From Eledone cirrhosa (Eukaryota), in the NCBI GenBank assembly GCA_964016885.1, contig OZ024740.1, positions 58,032,001 to 58,096,000 on the forward strand: a stretch of 64,000 nucleotides of DNA, written 5' to 3'. Under the pieces are notes generated by a model. It was not told the origin of the DNA and searched no databases. It saw only the letters and a list, made by a program, of their open reading frames with translations. Shown one piece after another: positions 49,401-63,665 of the stretch. Numbering within the stretch: position 1 is the stretch's first letter; each line of letters opens with the position of its first letter. Both the position numbers and the translations under genes were made by a program.

Positions 49401-50242
49401 GGCAAAGATAGGGGACTAGTTCTGGTGGTTAATTGGCAGCACCATTTGAGTGTAAAAAATGCTTTGCAGTATTTGTTCAAGCCCTTTGTAATCTGAGTTC
49501 AAATCTTTTCTTGGTTATCTTTATCTTTTGTCCTTTCAAAGTCAATGAATTAGAGTACCAGTTAAGGATGGTAGATCAGTGGAATTGTGAGAGCGTTGGG
49601 TGAAATGTCTTGTAGTATATGTTCTGGCTCATTGCATTCTCAGTTCGTAGATGGTAGATTTAATATGTTACCTGGTTTAACATCACTACCTTGTCCTTGT
49701 ATGTATTTAGCAGGCTTCACTCTGTTGGAAGTATTAGTCTCCAGTTTCAGGATGACTTTCTCTTTTTCTCCAATCAGTCTTTGGAGCCCTAAACAATTAA
49801 AAGGTCATAGGTGCTCCTCTTCCTTCCCTGACTAAAAGATGGGTAACAGCAGACGATGTTGCTATAGCAGATGGTTTTATTTGTTTGAAGTTACTGATGT
49901 CAATCATCATCATTGATTTTATGTTATCTTTTCATGCAGAGATAAGTTAGACAGGACTTTTTAAGGTAATGTTTTACTGCCAAATGTCTTTCCTGACACT
50001 AATTCTTTTTGTAGCTTTTTACAACATGTAGGGATATGTGTACCTATTCTAAACTGGACACACATGGTTCCACGTGTGTGTGTGTGTACACATACACACA
50101 CTGGCCTTTTTATTTTGCATCAACACCAATTTGTCACAAGTCACTGGTTATACAAGACAGTAGTTTAAAAATTTTCCTCAATCAATTGCCTTGTCATTTA
50201 TTCAATCAATGTATTATCACTATCTTTGCTTTGAAACTTCTA

Positions 50243-50245
<3 letters not shown>

Positions 50246-50295
<50 letters not shown>

Positions 50296-50326
50296 TCCCT
50301 CTCTTTCTCTCTCTCTCTCTCTCTCT
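50246..50326. repeat. (CT)n microsatellite
   Basis: Directly visible. Confidence 0.95.
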
Positions 50327-50599
50327 CCACACACATACACGCATACATACATATATTTCATTAAGCAATGTCATGGACTTTTAAAATTAAGATTGTAGAA
50401 AGTTCTAAATTACTAAGTGCATCCTGGTTATCCCCTCTCTTTCTTTTGTAGCAGTTTTTTAATGCTTGGTGAAATTGGTGGCAAGTAGACTACAAAGCTG
50501 TATAAATTCATCTGGTTTATGAACCCTTCAAATGTGGTTGGGCAGCCATCCAAAGTCTCTTCATTTCAGTCATAGAAAACCAATACCAACACAGCAACC

Positions 50600-52700
50600 C
50601 TCTGCCGCAGTCCCTCTTTCTATATGTTCCAAACTTTAGAGCTACCACCATCAATGCTGGTATAATGAACAGTGGTTTAGGGAAGATAGTAGAGATGCCA
50701 GAGCAAAAGGAAGTGGATGTATGCTCAGTACAAGAAACTAGGGGTGGGTAATAGCCATGGGCTAGGTGGAATAGGTATTCTGATTGAAGAAAAATGGATA
50801 GATATGGTAATTAAGGCAGATAGCGTGAGTGATAACATTCTTAAGCTTAGGTTAGTCTGAGATAAAACATCAGTAACACTTATCCTTGCATAGACACTAC
50901 AATTAGGACTGCCAGATTAAATGAAAGACAACATTTATGAATCCCTTATGCAGACTACCAATTTGATGAGTGACTGTGACTTAGTAATCATGGCTGGCAA
51001 TTTTAATGGATATGTTAGGCAATGCTGTGATGGTTTCCATGGTATCCACTGAAGCTTTGGGTTTGATAAAAGAAATGAGAAGTGATCAAGGCTGCTGGAG
51101 TTCTGTGAAGCTAATGATCTGACTATCGGCAATACTAACTTCAGAAAACCACCTGATCATTTATAAGTCATATGAGCACACAAGCTAGATAGATTTTATT
51201 TTCACCAGAAGTTGAAATAGACCGATTGTTCATCATCATCACCGTTTTACGTCCGTTCTTCCACGCTAGCATGGGTTAGACGGGTTGTCCTGTTGTGGGC
51301 AGTGTCTGGTCGGCTGACCATGCCTTGCTCATACAGAAACTGATCTGGCTTGATTTCTACAGCTGGATGCCCTTCCTAACACCAACCTCATTTACAGTGA
51401 GTACTGGGTGCTTTTTCGTGGCGCCTACACGTCCACTTTACAGTGTGGGCTGGGTGCTTTTTTGCCGTGGCACCTCCACGACCACCTTGCGGTGGGGGGA
51501 GTGGGGGCATATTGTTTATATGCTTCAGCATGTACCCATGGGAGGTCGGGTACCCTGTATTACTGCGTGACACCAGAAGTCACGGTCGTGTGTCATTGTC
51601 TTTGAGAGGTGTAGTTGGGTAAGGTCGGCTTTTATCACCTCATCCCAAGTCATCTTGGGTCTCCCCACTCCGCGGTTTCCATCAACTTCTAGTGCTCTGC
51701 ACCTTTTTATGCAGCTGTCATCCTTCATACGCATCACATGTCCATACCAGCGTAACCGCCTCTCCTGCACGCAGCATTTGATTCCTCTTATGCTCAGTCT
51801 CTCTCTCAATTCATTTATGCTTTGTCGTTCACGTATATTACTGTTACACATCCATCGGAGCATGCAGGCTTCGTTTCTCTCTAATCTACGTAAGTCTTCC
51901 ACCTTCAGCGCCCAGGTCTCACTACCATGCAACATCGCTGTTCGGATACACGCATCATACAGTCTGCCTTTCATTCTGAGGGAGAAGCCTTTTGCAGCTA
52001 GCAGTGGTAGTAGTTCCCTAAACTTCTTCCATCCCGTTCTTACCCTAGTTATTGTACTTTCTGAGCACCCACCTCCGTTGCTAATTCGGTCACCTAGGTA
52101 GCAGAAGCTGTCTACTGTTTCTACAGGGCCCTCCCAGAGATTGGTGGTACTTGTTTCCTGTGGCTATTTGCTTGCTGTTTCAGCACAGCTGCTGCATGTG
52201 AATCCTACATTCTTAATTAAGCTTCCTGAGATCCCGCTACATCTCTTGTGTACCCATTGTTTGCATTTGGGGCAGAGAATGGAGTTCCTGTAAATACAAA
52301 TTCCCTTCCTGATGGGGAGCGCATTTCCCAACAAAACTTTGTAGTTAGCGATTTTAGTTAGGGCTAGACAAACTTGGAAACAGAATACAATTTGGAGGAG
52401 AAGGACATTGAAGCTGAGGGATGTTTTGGCCAGTGTCAAATTCAGGGATGCCCTGCTGCTTATGACATTAAGGAAGAGGAGATAAAGACTTACAACACAA
52501 AACAGTGGGTGTTCCTGAGAGATAACCTACTGAAGGCCACAAGCATGGCCTATGGCTAGAGTAAGGCCCCAGGAAGACAGAAAGTTACATGATGCTGGAA
52601 TGCTGGGTGGATGAGACATTTAAGATTAAGAGACAGGTATGGAAAGACTAGCAGAATGAGAGAAGCAGAGAACAATACCGAGAAGCTTGGCATCAGATAA
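50600..52700 (+). mobile_element. old RTE APE-region remnant split by an RTE-B insertion
   Basis: IVEMPEQKEVDVCSVQETR, AGNFNG and LLEFCEANDL; resumes at 52290 with VNTNSLPDGE. Confidence 0.8.
51230..52289 (-). mobile_element. young 5'-truncated RTE subfamily B
   Basis: Near-identical reverse complement of 19736-20804; ORF 51525-51974. Confidence 0.93.
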
Positions 52701-54559
52701 CCCATTCAAGCATGGAAAATAGACATAAAATGCTGAGAAAGACGATAATGATTTGTATATGGAGACCTTTACAGGTGTTATGTTGAGTGGGTACAGTTTT
52801 GAGTTAGAATTAAATCAGGCAGCAAATGTGAAATGTATCTTTATTTGTTAGCTTAGCTTATAAAGAGAGCTATCATGGTTGAGGAATGGCTAGGAGGGTG
52901 ATACCACAAAGTTGTTGGCCATAGTTTTAGATACCAAAAGGATTGGTTTCAACTTGTGAGGTGAATGAGCTTGCAGACTGTGTAATGCACATAGGCATCA
53001 TATGAATATACAGAGTTAATGATGACTGATGAAAAAGTTAGTTGTAAAAACAGAAAAAAGAATGAGATAAATGGAGTTTTTTTATGTGGAAACTGTTCAC
53101 CTAGTATTGAACCTATACATCATACAGTAAAGAAAGAAAAAAAAAAAAAAAAAGATAGAATCTGACTGAAAAAACAGTAAATCCTATTGCACTTTGGGAA
53201 AACGGGAGTAATCTTACTGTTTATGACAATTGATTGAAACTTTTTGACAATATAAACAATAAAGATTGGAGTGAGGCTGGTTTTGAAGCCAATTGATGAA
53301 AGCAGCAACCATGTTTTGGTCTTATTCTATTCAATTGGCATGATTGAGAAGCAATCAGTATACATAGAAAAAGGAGTGTAGTGGCACACGTGAATATCAA
53401 CAATATGGCTAAGGCAAAAGTACCTCAGGTGTGTGTGTGCTGTGTACTAAATACAGATATGGTAAGATCTCATATATGTAATATTGTGAGTTGAAAAACT
53501 TGGATTAACTGGTGTCATCCAAGTTATTAGTAGGTAAACATTTCTGGGAGTGTTTAAAATTTAAAGATAGAAGCAAGAGAACTCCATTAAATCCAATTAA
53601 CTGAACATTTTGGACAATGTAGACAATGTGAATTGGCATGGATCTGGTTTTTAAAGCTAAATGGTGAAATGTTAGACATATTTTGGTCTTATTAGACCTT
53701 CTCAGTAAAGCATATTTTACTCACTTGGCAAGACTAAGAATCATGTATATAGAAATAGAGGGAATGTAGTGATGCTCATTATGAGTATCAACATGTTAAA
53801 TTATAATGATCAGTCAACATAAAATACTTTTTATTCATGTTAGAAAAAGAAATATTGATTAACTGTTAACCTAATATTTTCTATTTTCATATACCTGATT
53901 GAACTAAGTAAAAATCTTTACAACTCAAGTAATAGCTCATCTCAAAAATATATAGAAAAGTTAGATTCTTTCCTCTATTAACAGTAGTTCTTAACATCTT
54001 TGTTTCATGCCCCATCATGACACCTGAGAACATTTGAATTCAGTCATTTGCATAATTTTTATCGGTTTAAAAAACATTTTTTAAGCTGAATGTTATACTT
54101 TATGCCTGGAATTATTAGATAATCCTCTATTTATGTGACAATGCTGGAAGTAGTATTAGTAGTGACACAGTGCTATGAGTTTCAAAGGGATGGAAAAAGC
54201 CCAGCTTATACATTTAGCATCAAAGGGCTTTCTTATCTCAAAGAAAAGCAGCCTATACAAGTGTATATGATGGGTATTACCGTGCTACCTTGTTCCTTCA
54301 GCTGATGCCTCCCAGCATGTGAAATTTTCATCTACCTCTGCAGGTACTCTTTCTAAACAAATATCAGAATCATCCTCCAGGTCTCCAATCTTTTGAAGTT
54401 TTCTTTTCTCAACATTAATCCTCAGACCAAGATGGGTAGTACTATATGGCAATTAAGTAAGGGTGCCAAATGGATTTTACACCTTTTTCTTTTACTCATC
54501 CCAAGCAAGGCTATTAAAATGCAAGGGGTTTCTGAGAAGGGAGAAGACAGAATACAATT

Positions 54560-54790
54560 CAGAGAGATGACAATGACTGATGTGGCTATTGAATTTTTGA
54601 AAATTGTAGTGGTCAGGAAAGCATGAAGTTCAATATTCTAAGTCACAATTACAAAGCAATGTGTTAAATATGGTGTTGTTGAGCATAAGTTGATAAACAA
54701 GATCAAACATCAAAATGAGGGCACATATATAAAGTGTTGTTGTGAGTTTGTAATGGAAGTAAAAATATAATAGAAGTGTACCAAGGGAGA
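54560..54790 (-). mobile_element. CR1/Zenon-like 3' remnant
   Basis: Minus-strand CFPDHYNFQKFNS, matching the motif at 63510-63545. Confidence 0.45.
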
Positions 54791-55824
54791 CTTAAAATAA
54801 GATTGATTGTGACTTAAGAGTATTGAGCTTCAGATATATGACACAAGCTTAAAGTATATGAAATGGTATTTATGTAGACCAGTCTAACTCAAGCTTAAGT
54901 GCAAAAATGTATGTTTAATTGAAAATGAAGTTTCTTCACTAGATTCCGAAATTGCTTTGCTAATTCCTTTTATGAAAACATTCAGGTGTTAAACAAGTTT
55001 AATATGAACAAAAGTACACTAGGAGTCAGTATTTCATATTATTTACTTCACATTTCACTGTAAACGTAACTGCTGTAAATTGTTTGAAATATTCCTATAT
55101 TTTCTATGGATAATATATAACTACTATAAGGCATATTATCAATTTAAGCTGTTATTTATTCTCCTAAAATTAATTTATATGGCATATCAGGGTCAACATC
55201 AATAAAGCTATCTTTTAGCAATGTTTTATTGAAAAATTAAGTACTTTCTAAATTTAAAGATATTTATTTCAGTTTTATGAGATAATTCCAATTTACTTTT
55301 TACTATTTTTGTTTTATTTGGACAAAGTGAATCTTTGTAGAAGGTTGTGATTTATAATTCATATAGATTATTGTTGTTATTCTAAGAAAGTGACTACAAT
55401 AAATTAAGGGAAACCATCCAGTGAATATTGATTTATTGACCTGTAAATAGCTTGTTGATTGCAGTTCCTCAAAGCACTTACATTGACAACAATGGAATTC
55501 AATGAAATGGTGGTATTTTGAATTGATACGATATAAAATATTGATAATTGAAGAATATGATTTATGCTTTTATAGGTATAATAAATCATAGGAAATATTT
55601 TCTTAACTGGCGACGATATACACACATTGCATAGGTTTTAATATTATTCATGATTTTTTTGGCTTGTACAAGAAACTTTCCGAGAGCTTAATTCTATTTT
55701 AGTCTCTGAAAACATTATATAACTTAAATTTGATAGTAAAGTAATAATAATTAACTACTGAATTAAAATAAAATTACTATTTCTTATTAATATTATTCTA
55801 GTTAATATATATATATGATATATA

Positions 55825-55825
<1 letters not shown>

Positions 55826-55879
<54 letters not shown>
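55826..55879. repeat. (TA)n microsatellite
   Basis: Directly visible. Confidence 0.95.
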
Positions 55880-55885
<6 letters not shown>

Positions 55886-56447
55886 CTGGATGGAAAATAC
55901 AATTCAAGGCAATAAAATAATATTGTTTATTCATAAATTATACTTGCAAAGTTTGGAATTTATATGTTCTTATATAGTTTTGTGAAAAGGTTATATATAT
56001 CGTTAATGTATTGCAATATGGTTATGGATTATTGCAGAAGAAAAATGTGATTCCATAACCACAAGAGCTGTTTTTTTCTATTGCAAGATTGACTTGAAGA
56101 AATTTATTGGAATTCTAATCATATTACCAATAAAAGGATTTTTCTTGCCTATAAAAAAAGGAAATCGAATGGTGCATAAGTTAGGAATGTCATACTGCAT
56201 TGTGATATCATGTATCTGTTATAGGTTGTATACTTTTAAGGATTGATGAACAGCATAGATTTATTTTGGGATTTCATTGGATTATGTAGCAGCTAAAAGC
56301 AATATGACCTTACAAACTAGGTTCAGAAAGAATTGTATCTACACTACTTTTGCAAAATCTTTTTACAATGCTACTTGATATCTTTTATAATTTGAATTCT
56401 GGTAAAATTCTTAAGCTAAATAGATCGCTGAAAAAAATATCATTTAA

Positions 56448-56698
56448 TTCTTTGGTTATCATATTTCTAATGAAATACACTGTCAATGGATTTTAATTAA
56501 TTTTGAAAATAATAAAAATTTGGAGGAATTCAATAAAATAACTAACGTTTTTATTTGTAAGCTGATTTTTGGAACATTACTTAAACGTTTTCTTAAATAA
56601 AATTATGATGGGAGGTCTTATAAGTGTGAACATTTTAAAATGGGCAGTTTTATAGCATACAACCATGGCTGGTTTCAGGCAAGTTGGTATTAAAATGG
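56448..56698. mobile_element. TTAA-flanked MITE, family 2 (diverged)
   Basis: TTAA at both ends; internal similarity to 15386-15637. Confidence 0.55.
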
Positions 56699-58096
56699 TT
56701 AAGAGAAAGAGATACAAATAGTGATTTTACTGAAGAAGCTTATAATCCTTATGCTCATATATATATTAGAAAAACAAATGTACTGAGGTTTTATTTCTCT
56801 ACTAAAATGAAGGAAAATAGTAAAAGCTCTAATAGTTCCTATTCAGTGACTTTTAAAAATTTATGCCACTGCTCAGATAATCAAAAATTTTTCAAGAACT
56901 CTAAGAAGATTCATAGTTTTACCTGCTAAAAAAAAAGTATATATTTGTTACTGTGCACTAGCACAAATGTTGATACATAGATATCAAAGCAAACCAACAA
57001 ACTATTGCATTAAACATTTCTTCAGCAGGATTTGTGCATGAATTGATGTTGCTCATCCAAATGATAAATATATTTGTTAAGGAAGTAGAAAAACCTGTGC
57101 TATTCTTAAACATTAAAATTATATTTTATAAACTAAGCACACATCTATGCATTCACTCCTATGTACAAAACACGCACACACAAAGAATACAGCTGCTTCA
57201 GTGTCAGCTGTCAGACTATCTCCATCATTCTAGAATAATGGTACACCCTCAAGATTATATTTAGGCCCCAGAGGACATTTATTAACATATGTGTATTTTA
57301 TCAAAATACAATAACGATAATAACAAGTCAAAACCATGTAAAACTGTGCTCTTGTCCTAAGCAAAAAGTAAATGATGAAGATGACTTACAATGTTAACAT
57401 ATAAAGAATGAGCCTGTGTGTTCTGGCTCTTAATCCAATCAGCTACAAAAAGAAAAACAAATCATGGGAATCAAAGTAAAAATGATACAAATTTTATAAA
57501 GCAACCTTCAATAGGAAAAAAAAAATACATAATTCATTCTCCTGGGTGCAAAAACCTATGAAGCAATGGTGATTGGATTGACAACTTGTTCTGAAGATCT
57601 CAATTCAAAAAATCTGGAATCTGGAATATTGGTAAAAGAAACATGGAAATTACCTGTCAGTTTGATGTTACTCATGAGGAATTCTTATGGTTTTTAGTTT
57701 ACAGCCTGAATATTAATGATAATATTCTAATTTTTGCATTAATTTCCTATATAATTGTGTGTGTGTATGTATATATGTGTGTGTGTGCATGCACGCAATC
57801 ATAACTAACATTTTCTTTCTAAATAAATTTGAAATGCTGGTTTAAATTCTAAAATCATTTTAAAGTTTGTTTTTTGTAAATAAAATACATATTGCTATAT
57901 TTTCACAAATTTAATAGAGATTTTGTTTCAAATATTTATGCTTTCTGTAAAATTAGATTATTTTCAATTATTTCTTTTAATTAAATCTTACATATAATTT
58001 TATTCAATGTATTTTATTTGTGTAGTTTGGTTGGCTATATATTTCTAAGTAAACTATTTCTAAGTGATATTTACTGTTATGTGTAAATACGTTTTT

Positions 58097-58381
58097 AATG
58101 AAATGAACTTATGAAACAAACAAATCTCAGATGGGTACCAAACTTTATCTTAACCATAAATTTAATTCAGCTACCAGTCCAGGTTTTGCTGCCTGACAAG
58201 TCAAAGAAGGCAACTGTTTCAGTATCAGCCACCTTCTTATATGAAATGAACATATGAAACAAACAAATCTAAGATGGGAACCAAACTTTATCTTAACCAT
58301 AAATTTAATTTGGCTACCAGCCCAGCCGTTGCTGCCTGCCAGGTTACAGAGGGCAAACTGTTCCAGTATCAGCCACCCTCT
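58097..58381. repeat. tandem duplication, period about 143 bp
   Basis: atgaaatgaac.tatgaaacaaacaaatct...cagtatcagccacc occurs twice. Confidence 0.9.
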
Positions 58382-59042
58382 GATAGGTTTGTGGTTGAGC
58401 CTGTGGCAGTGGAGACTTCCGGCAAGGTGGAGTGGCTGTTCCAGCACATCTCCCTCACCATACTCTGTCAGCTGGGACCACAAGGTGGACTGTCCCTTAA
58501 CATATGCTGTTTGTATACTATGTTTTACTTTACCAGTTGACCAAAATTACTTTTGTGACCCACATGTATTGGGCTCCATTCTAAATCTGTCCAGCTGCTT
58601 GGAGCTATTCTTAAATTCTGTTAAATGCTATATGATGTACACATGATACAGCACATGCATTTTCTAATATATACTTGCTTGTTGCTCATTGTGCTGCTAA
58701 ATGTTAGTATCTGGATAAATTAATGGTTTGCATAAGACAAACCCTATAGTTTATGTTTATTACTAATGCATTGAAGTGATTAAAGATGAGAATGATAGTT
58801 TAATAATATATTTCTAAGATATAATTGCATAAATGTTCATTGTGTATGTGCAATTGACATACAAGATTAAATGTATGAATAACTTTGGAGAGTTAACTAT
58901 TTACAGGGACAAATGTAAGGTTAGAGTTCAGGGCCTTGTAATTGGAAAGCAAACTTCTTATTGGAGGAACATGACTGGATAGGAAATGTATTGTATGTTT
59001 GCATATGTAAATTTTATAGTTACAGATATCTATTTCTATATA

Positions 59043-60502
59043 GGGCAGGCAAAATTCCTGAGATCCATGGACAAGTTCTCTCCAGCGGTCTCTGTCCTTC
59101 ATCATCGCCACCATGTCCTTCATCTCCCAGAGACCTGTCTCTGTCCTTAGGGCATCAATATATGTCAACCTCAGTCTCCCTCTTCTAGTGTGTCCGTGTA
59201 GGGGCTCCCACAGGAGCATTGAATTCAGTGTCAACTCTGAATGTCGGTGAGCATGTCCAGCTAATCAGTCTCCTCTGTGTTACTCTCGAGCTGACTTTTG
59301 GAAGGCTCCTGTTCAGCTCTGTTCTTCATCCTCAGTGTATACTGATTAATGTTCAGAGCCATCCTCAACATTCTCGTGTAGCACCCATCCACCATCTGAG
59401 TGAGTTTCTTGGTCAGTGTCCAAGTTTCAGACCCATACAGCAGCACAGACTCCACTGTAGCAACGAAGAGCGGATCTTCTGGTCTTCACAAAGGTCCGAC
59501 TTCTACACCAATCTCAAACTGTGGCACGCCGCCCAGGCTTTGTTCTTCCTCTCAACCACATCATCCTCTGTGTTCCCGATCTTTGCTCCCAGATGCAGGA
59601 AGTCCTCAACCAACTCTAGCGGCTTCCCGCCTACATTCATAATCTTCTCCGGCTTCTTAACGTTCTACCAGATACTTCGTCTTAATCTCATTCATTTTCA
59701 GCCCCGCACTCATTGACAGGCAGCTGTTTGAGGAACTGGATATTGAGACCCTTTGCCAGAGAGGAGCTTCAGAGAGCCAAGAAGATGGAGTGGCATTAGA
59801 GGTGATGAGGTGTGATTTTGGTGATATCAACCTGGATTCTGTAACCAGGCATGGAGAAGGCAGTTGCCCCGAATCAGTGGAGGATGAGTAATATCATTCC
59901 AGTGTCAAAGAAGGGAGATCTCTCTAACACCAACACAACTACAGGGAGATCTCACTGATATCACTTGTGGCAAAGACCCTCAACAGGATGATTCTTAATA
60001 GGATCCAGCCCGAGATGGAGAAGAAGCTCAGAGACAACCAGAATGGTTTCAGAGAGGGAAGATAAACCACCAGTCACATCCTGATGCTGAGGAGGATATT
60101 AGAGGGAGCTAGAGCAAAGAGTTTTCCTGCTGTCATGGTTTTCATTGACTTTAGGAAGACCTTTGATTCTATGGACCGTCACTGCCTGATGATCTTACAG
60201 GCTTATGGAATCCCCAAGAAGATAGTGGACCTGATATCACTGCTCTACACCAACACCAGAGCCCAAGTCATTACACCTGACGGAGTTCTTTGAGATACTG
60301 ACTGGAGTGCTACATTGGCGCCCTACCTTTTTATTATTGCAGTGGACTATTGTATGCACTTTGCGCTGGAGAAACACCAGGACTGTAGCTTTACTGTAGC
60401 ACTGGCTCAGAGAAGGAGAGTTAAGGCTAAAAAGATATCAGATGCTGAATTTGCTAATGACTTAGTTTGGATGACAAACACAGTGAAGGAGGCAGAGGAG
60501 TT
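59043..60502 (-). mobile_element. RTE-clade LINE (third family) with an inverted 5' segment
   Basis: 3' part on - (59043-59715: GLKMNEIKTKY, ESVLLYGSETW, DRDRWRELV). RT part on + (59716-60502: QNGFREGR, FIDFRKTFDS, LAPYLFII, EFAND). Confidence 0.88.
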
Positions 60503-60775
60503 ATAGATATATATAAATATACAAATGCACATGGTATGTTATAGTTGATCATTAAGTGTTCAAAACAAACATTTGTGAAAAGAATATCATAACAGTCAAG
60601 TAAGCTGGAGTGACACTAACATATCCTTTTACATTTTGAAGCGTGTGAGATACACATAGATACATGCATGTGATTGCAAAGGTGAGTGTGATACTAAAGC
60701 AGAGACAAATGCCAATGTCCACTTGTTATAAGAATTAACATAATATTGTTCATTACCTTTAGTAAAACATGTTAA

Positions 60776-60996
60776 CCCTTTAGCATTTACATTACTGTAT
60801 ATTTACTATTATATTTCCAAGGTAAAGGCTTTACCTCACATAATTGTCTTGCATAATATGGAATCTATGAGATTTTGATATTATTTACTTTAAGAACAAT
60901 ACCTTAATATCAGTATGAGCTGCTGGTTACAGCCAGTTTGAAGAGAAAGAGGTGAGAGAATTCTGGCCAGATATGGCCGGATTAAATGCTAAAGAT
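60776..60996. mobile_element. TTAA MITE, family 1
   Basis: TTAA|CCCTTTAGCATT start; homologous to 48469-48676; right end degenerate. Confidence 0.75.
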
Positions 60997-61244
60997 CTAA
61001 ATTTGCATTTTCCAATAACATTTATAGTTTGGTATAGCATTTATTGACAGTAAGTCACAACATAGATATATTTGCATGAAACCCCTATGCTCATGAGTAC
61101 CCTAGAAAATATTCTGCATGCTCATGCATTATAATGGCCCTGTCAACCATTTGCTAGTTTTTGTTGCACTTGATGGTTTTGTTGTTTAATTTTAAGATTT
61201 ATGAAGCTATCTTATATACTATCATGGAAAAACAGACATAAAAT

Positions 61245-61413
61245 GGCAATATCAGTAGAGGGTCGGACGCCATGCTTTGCAACATAGTGTTACAGTCTGA
61301 GTTCAAATCCCGCCGAGGTTAACTTTGCCTTTCATCCTTATGGGGGCGATAAAATACAGCGCCAGTAATGCACTGGGGTAATTTCTGGCCTTGTGCCAAA
61401 AGTAGAAACAATT
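61245..61413 (+). mobile_element. tRNA-type SINE, family 1
   Basis: Same head, B box, core and ACAATTATT tail as the other copies. Confidence 0.88.
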
Positions 61414-61659
61414 ATTTCAGTTTGACTACAATATTTTCTGTGGAAGTACTTGGAAGAGTTACATGTTTTTAATAATATGTTAAATTTTGTAGTTCTGGAA
61501 ATCCTAAATAAGTAATTAAGTTAAAAAATAAATAAATAATTTCCATTCATTGCATCACTTCCTTAATTAGATGTAATCTATCCTAACTTTTGAAATCAAG
61601 TCTTTTAACTTAATTGATAACCAAATGAAAGTGAGAAAAATTAAGAACAATATTGAAAT

Positions 61660-61695
<36 letters not shown>

Positions 61696-62339
61696 TACAT
61701 ACTGATATTACTTAAGTGCAGAAACCAAAAAACAAACTCATATTTAGAGCATTGCTTTTATAGAATATATAATTATGCTGTTTATTTCAATACTTTTTAT
61801 CTTAAACTTATCTTAAATATATTAAGAGTTGTTATTGTCTTATATATATTGATTATCTAGTTATGATTTTTGAAATCTATGTTATCTTAATCTTTAATTC
61901 TATAATACTATAATACTATAAATCTTTTTTTCTTAGTAATAGTATTATTTAAAAAAAAAAATTAGACAAATTTTGTTTCATGTACTTATTAGACTTTGAA
62001 GTTATAGTTTTACTTTGGAAATGATTGCACTTGATTAAGTTCGCATAACCCTTATAATTTGTATAAAATATCCTCTTTATTTTTGATAGTGCAGTAAGAT
62101 TGCTTATATACCAGATAATGTGTTATCTGAATTGCTAATGACAATTAATTGTTACTTCTTAGCTGCATTATTATTTTCTGTTCAATCTTTAATATTTCAG
62201 AAGTTTTAAATTTGTCAATAGTATCAGAATTTAATGATATCAGGAAAAGTGTAGTATTTAAATAGTAATTTAAATAAAATTAGCATGGTTTGGTATTAAC
62301 CACTCACATACCCAAATTACTTTGCTCAAAATAATTCAG

Positions 62340-62725
62340 TTTTGACAAATGTACCCAGTACACTCTGTAGAGTTGTGCTGGTGCTACAAAAATGCACCTA
62401 GCACATGCTGTAAAATGATTGGCATTAGAAAAGGTATTTAGCTGTAGAAAGCATGACAAAAATGGGAATGTATGAGTAAGATGTTGCTCTCAAACCTCTG
62501 TCTCAGACCATGATGACTCATACTAGCATATAAAATGGACATGATCCTTGTGTGAAATGCCAAGAAATCCCAGTAGAAGCCCAAGGAAAACATGGGCAGA
62601 AGTTGTGAGAGCTGATCTTAAATTGTTGCAGCTTGAAGAGCTGATGATGAAGGACCCCAATGAGTGGAGGTATGCTGTGCTTGAAAACACTTGCAAGCAT
62701 GGAAAAGCTGACATAGAATGATGAT
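62340..62725 (+). mobile_element. RTE-tail short element followed by an old RTE 3' end
   Basis: Tail motifs at 62340-62545, then PRKTWAEVVRADL..WRYAVLENT joined directly to GCAAGCATGGAAAA..ATGATGAT. Confidence 0.7.
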
Positions 62726-63299
62726 CGAAAGGGTGGAAGTTCATAAATATAAGTCTTTTATGCATATAATTTGTCCTTTTATTTTCTAACTATCAATAGA
62801 AGTAGATAACAATAGATCTTGTTGGTAAAGATAATGCAATAGAAATTTCACAGCATGTTGTTTAAGGAAACAGTTAACATAAAAGAGAATTCCAGTATGG
62901 AAATTTCAGATCTTAAACTGCAACTTCAATGAAGTCATAAGGCATAGGTCAAATATCATCTATACGCTTTATTTCAAATTTTCGTGTAATAGCTGTGATG
63001 GCGACTTAATTCATATATGATAAACCTTATATATATCTCAAAACTGATTACTCTTATTGATAAAAATTGCATACTAACCTATAAAAAAAGTTTCTGTTAT
63101 TTCTTTGTTTACAAATATCATCAGCTTAACAACACTGTACAATGTATTGATAAAGCAATCGACTAATTGCAACTGTCATATTATGTGGTAGATATCTATG
63201 TTGGGATCTGCAAAGTAAGGCCTCATTAGGGAAATCTTTCAAATATTCATAATTTTTTTGTAGTTAAAAAATTACTGATCACCTTCTATATTAGGGGAC

Positions 63300-63665
63300 A
63301 TAAAAATTCTTGATTGGGATTTTCATGGAAATTCTTCTGGGGAGTGTTCTACTTTGTTGCTATATCTTCATGAGTTTTAATAGAGTACCAGATTTGTGGC
63401 TAGGTCTCATCCCTTTAGAATTGAAGTTCCTAAATGTAATCCCAAATTCTATTCTGATAGTTTCTTCCCTCACACATCTCACCTATGGAATTCTCATCTG
63501 GCTTCTTACTTTCCTGGCCACTACAATTTGCAAAAATTCAAAAGCAATGTTAATTATCTTCTCTTTCCTTGAATTATGTTCTCTTGGTTTTCTCCTTTTC
63601 CCTTTTCTATAATGCCTTGGATTTTAGTGGTGTTATTGATGTGAGTAAATAAAAAGAAAAAGAAG
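63300..63665 (+). mobile_element. CR1/Zenon-like LINE 3' end
   Basis: HPFRIEVPKC..PHTSHLWNS..FPGHYNLQKFKSNVN followed by an A-rich tail. Confidence 0.65.

Noticed and set aside
55575-55633. Short exon-like segment reading IINHRKYFLNWRRYTHIA*
   Set aside because: No recognisable homology and phase-incompatible with the 53.4-kb candidate; cannot be supported.
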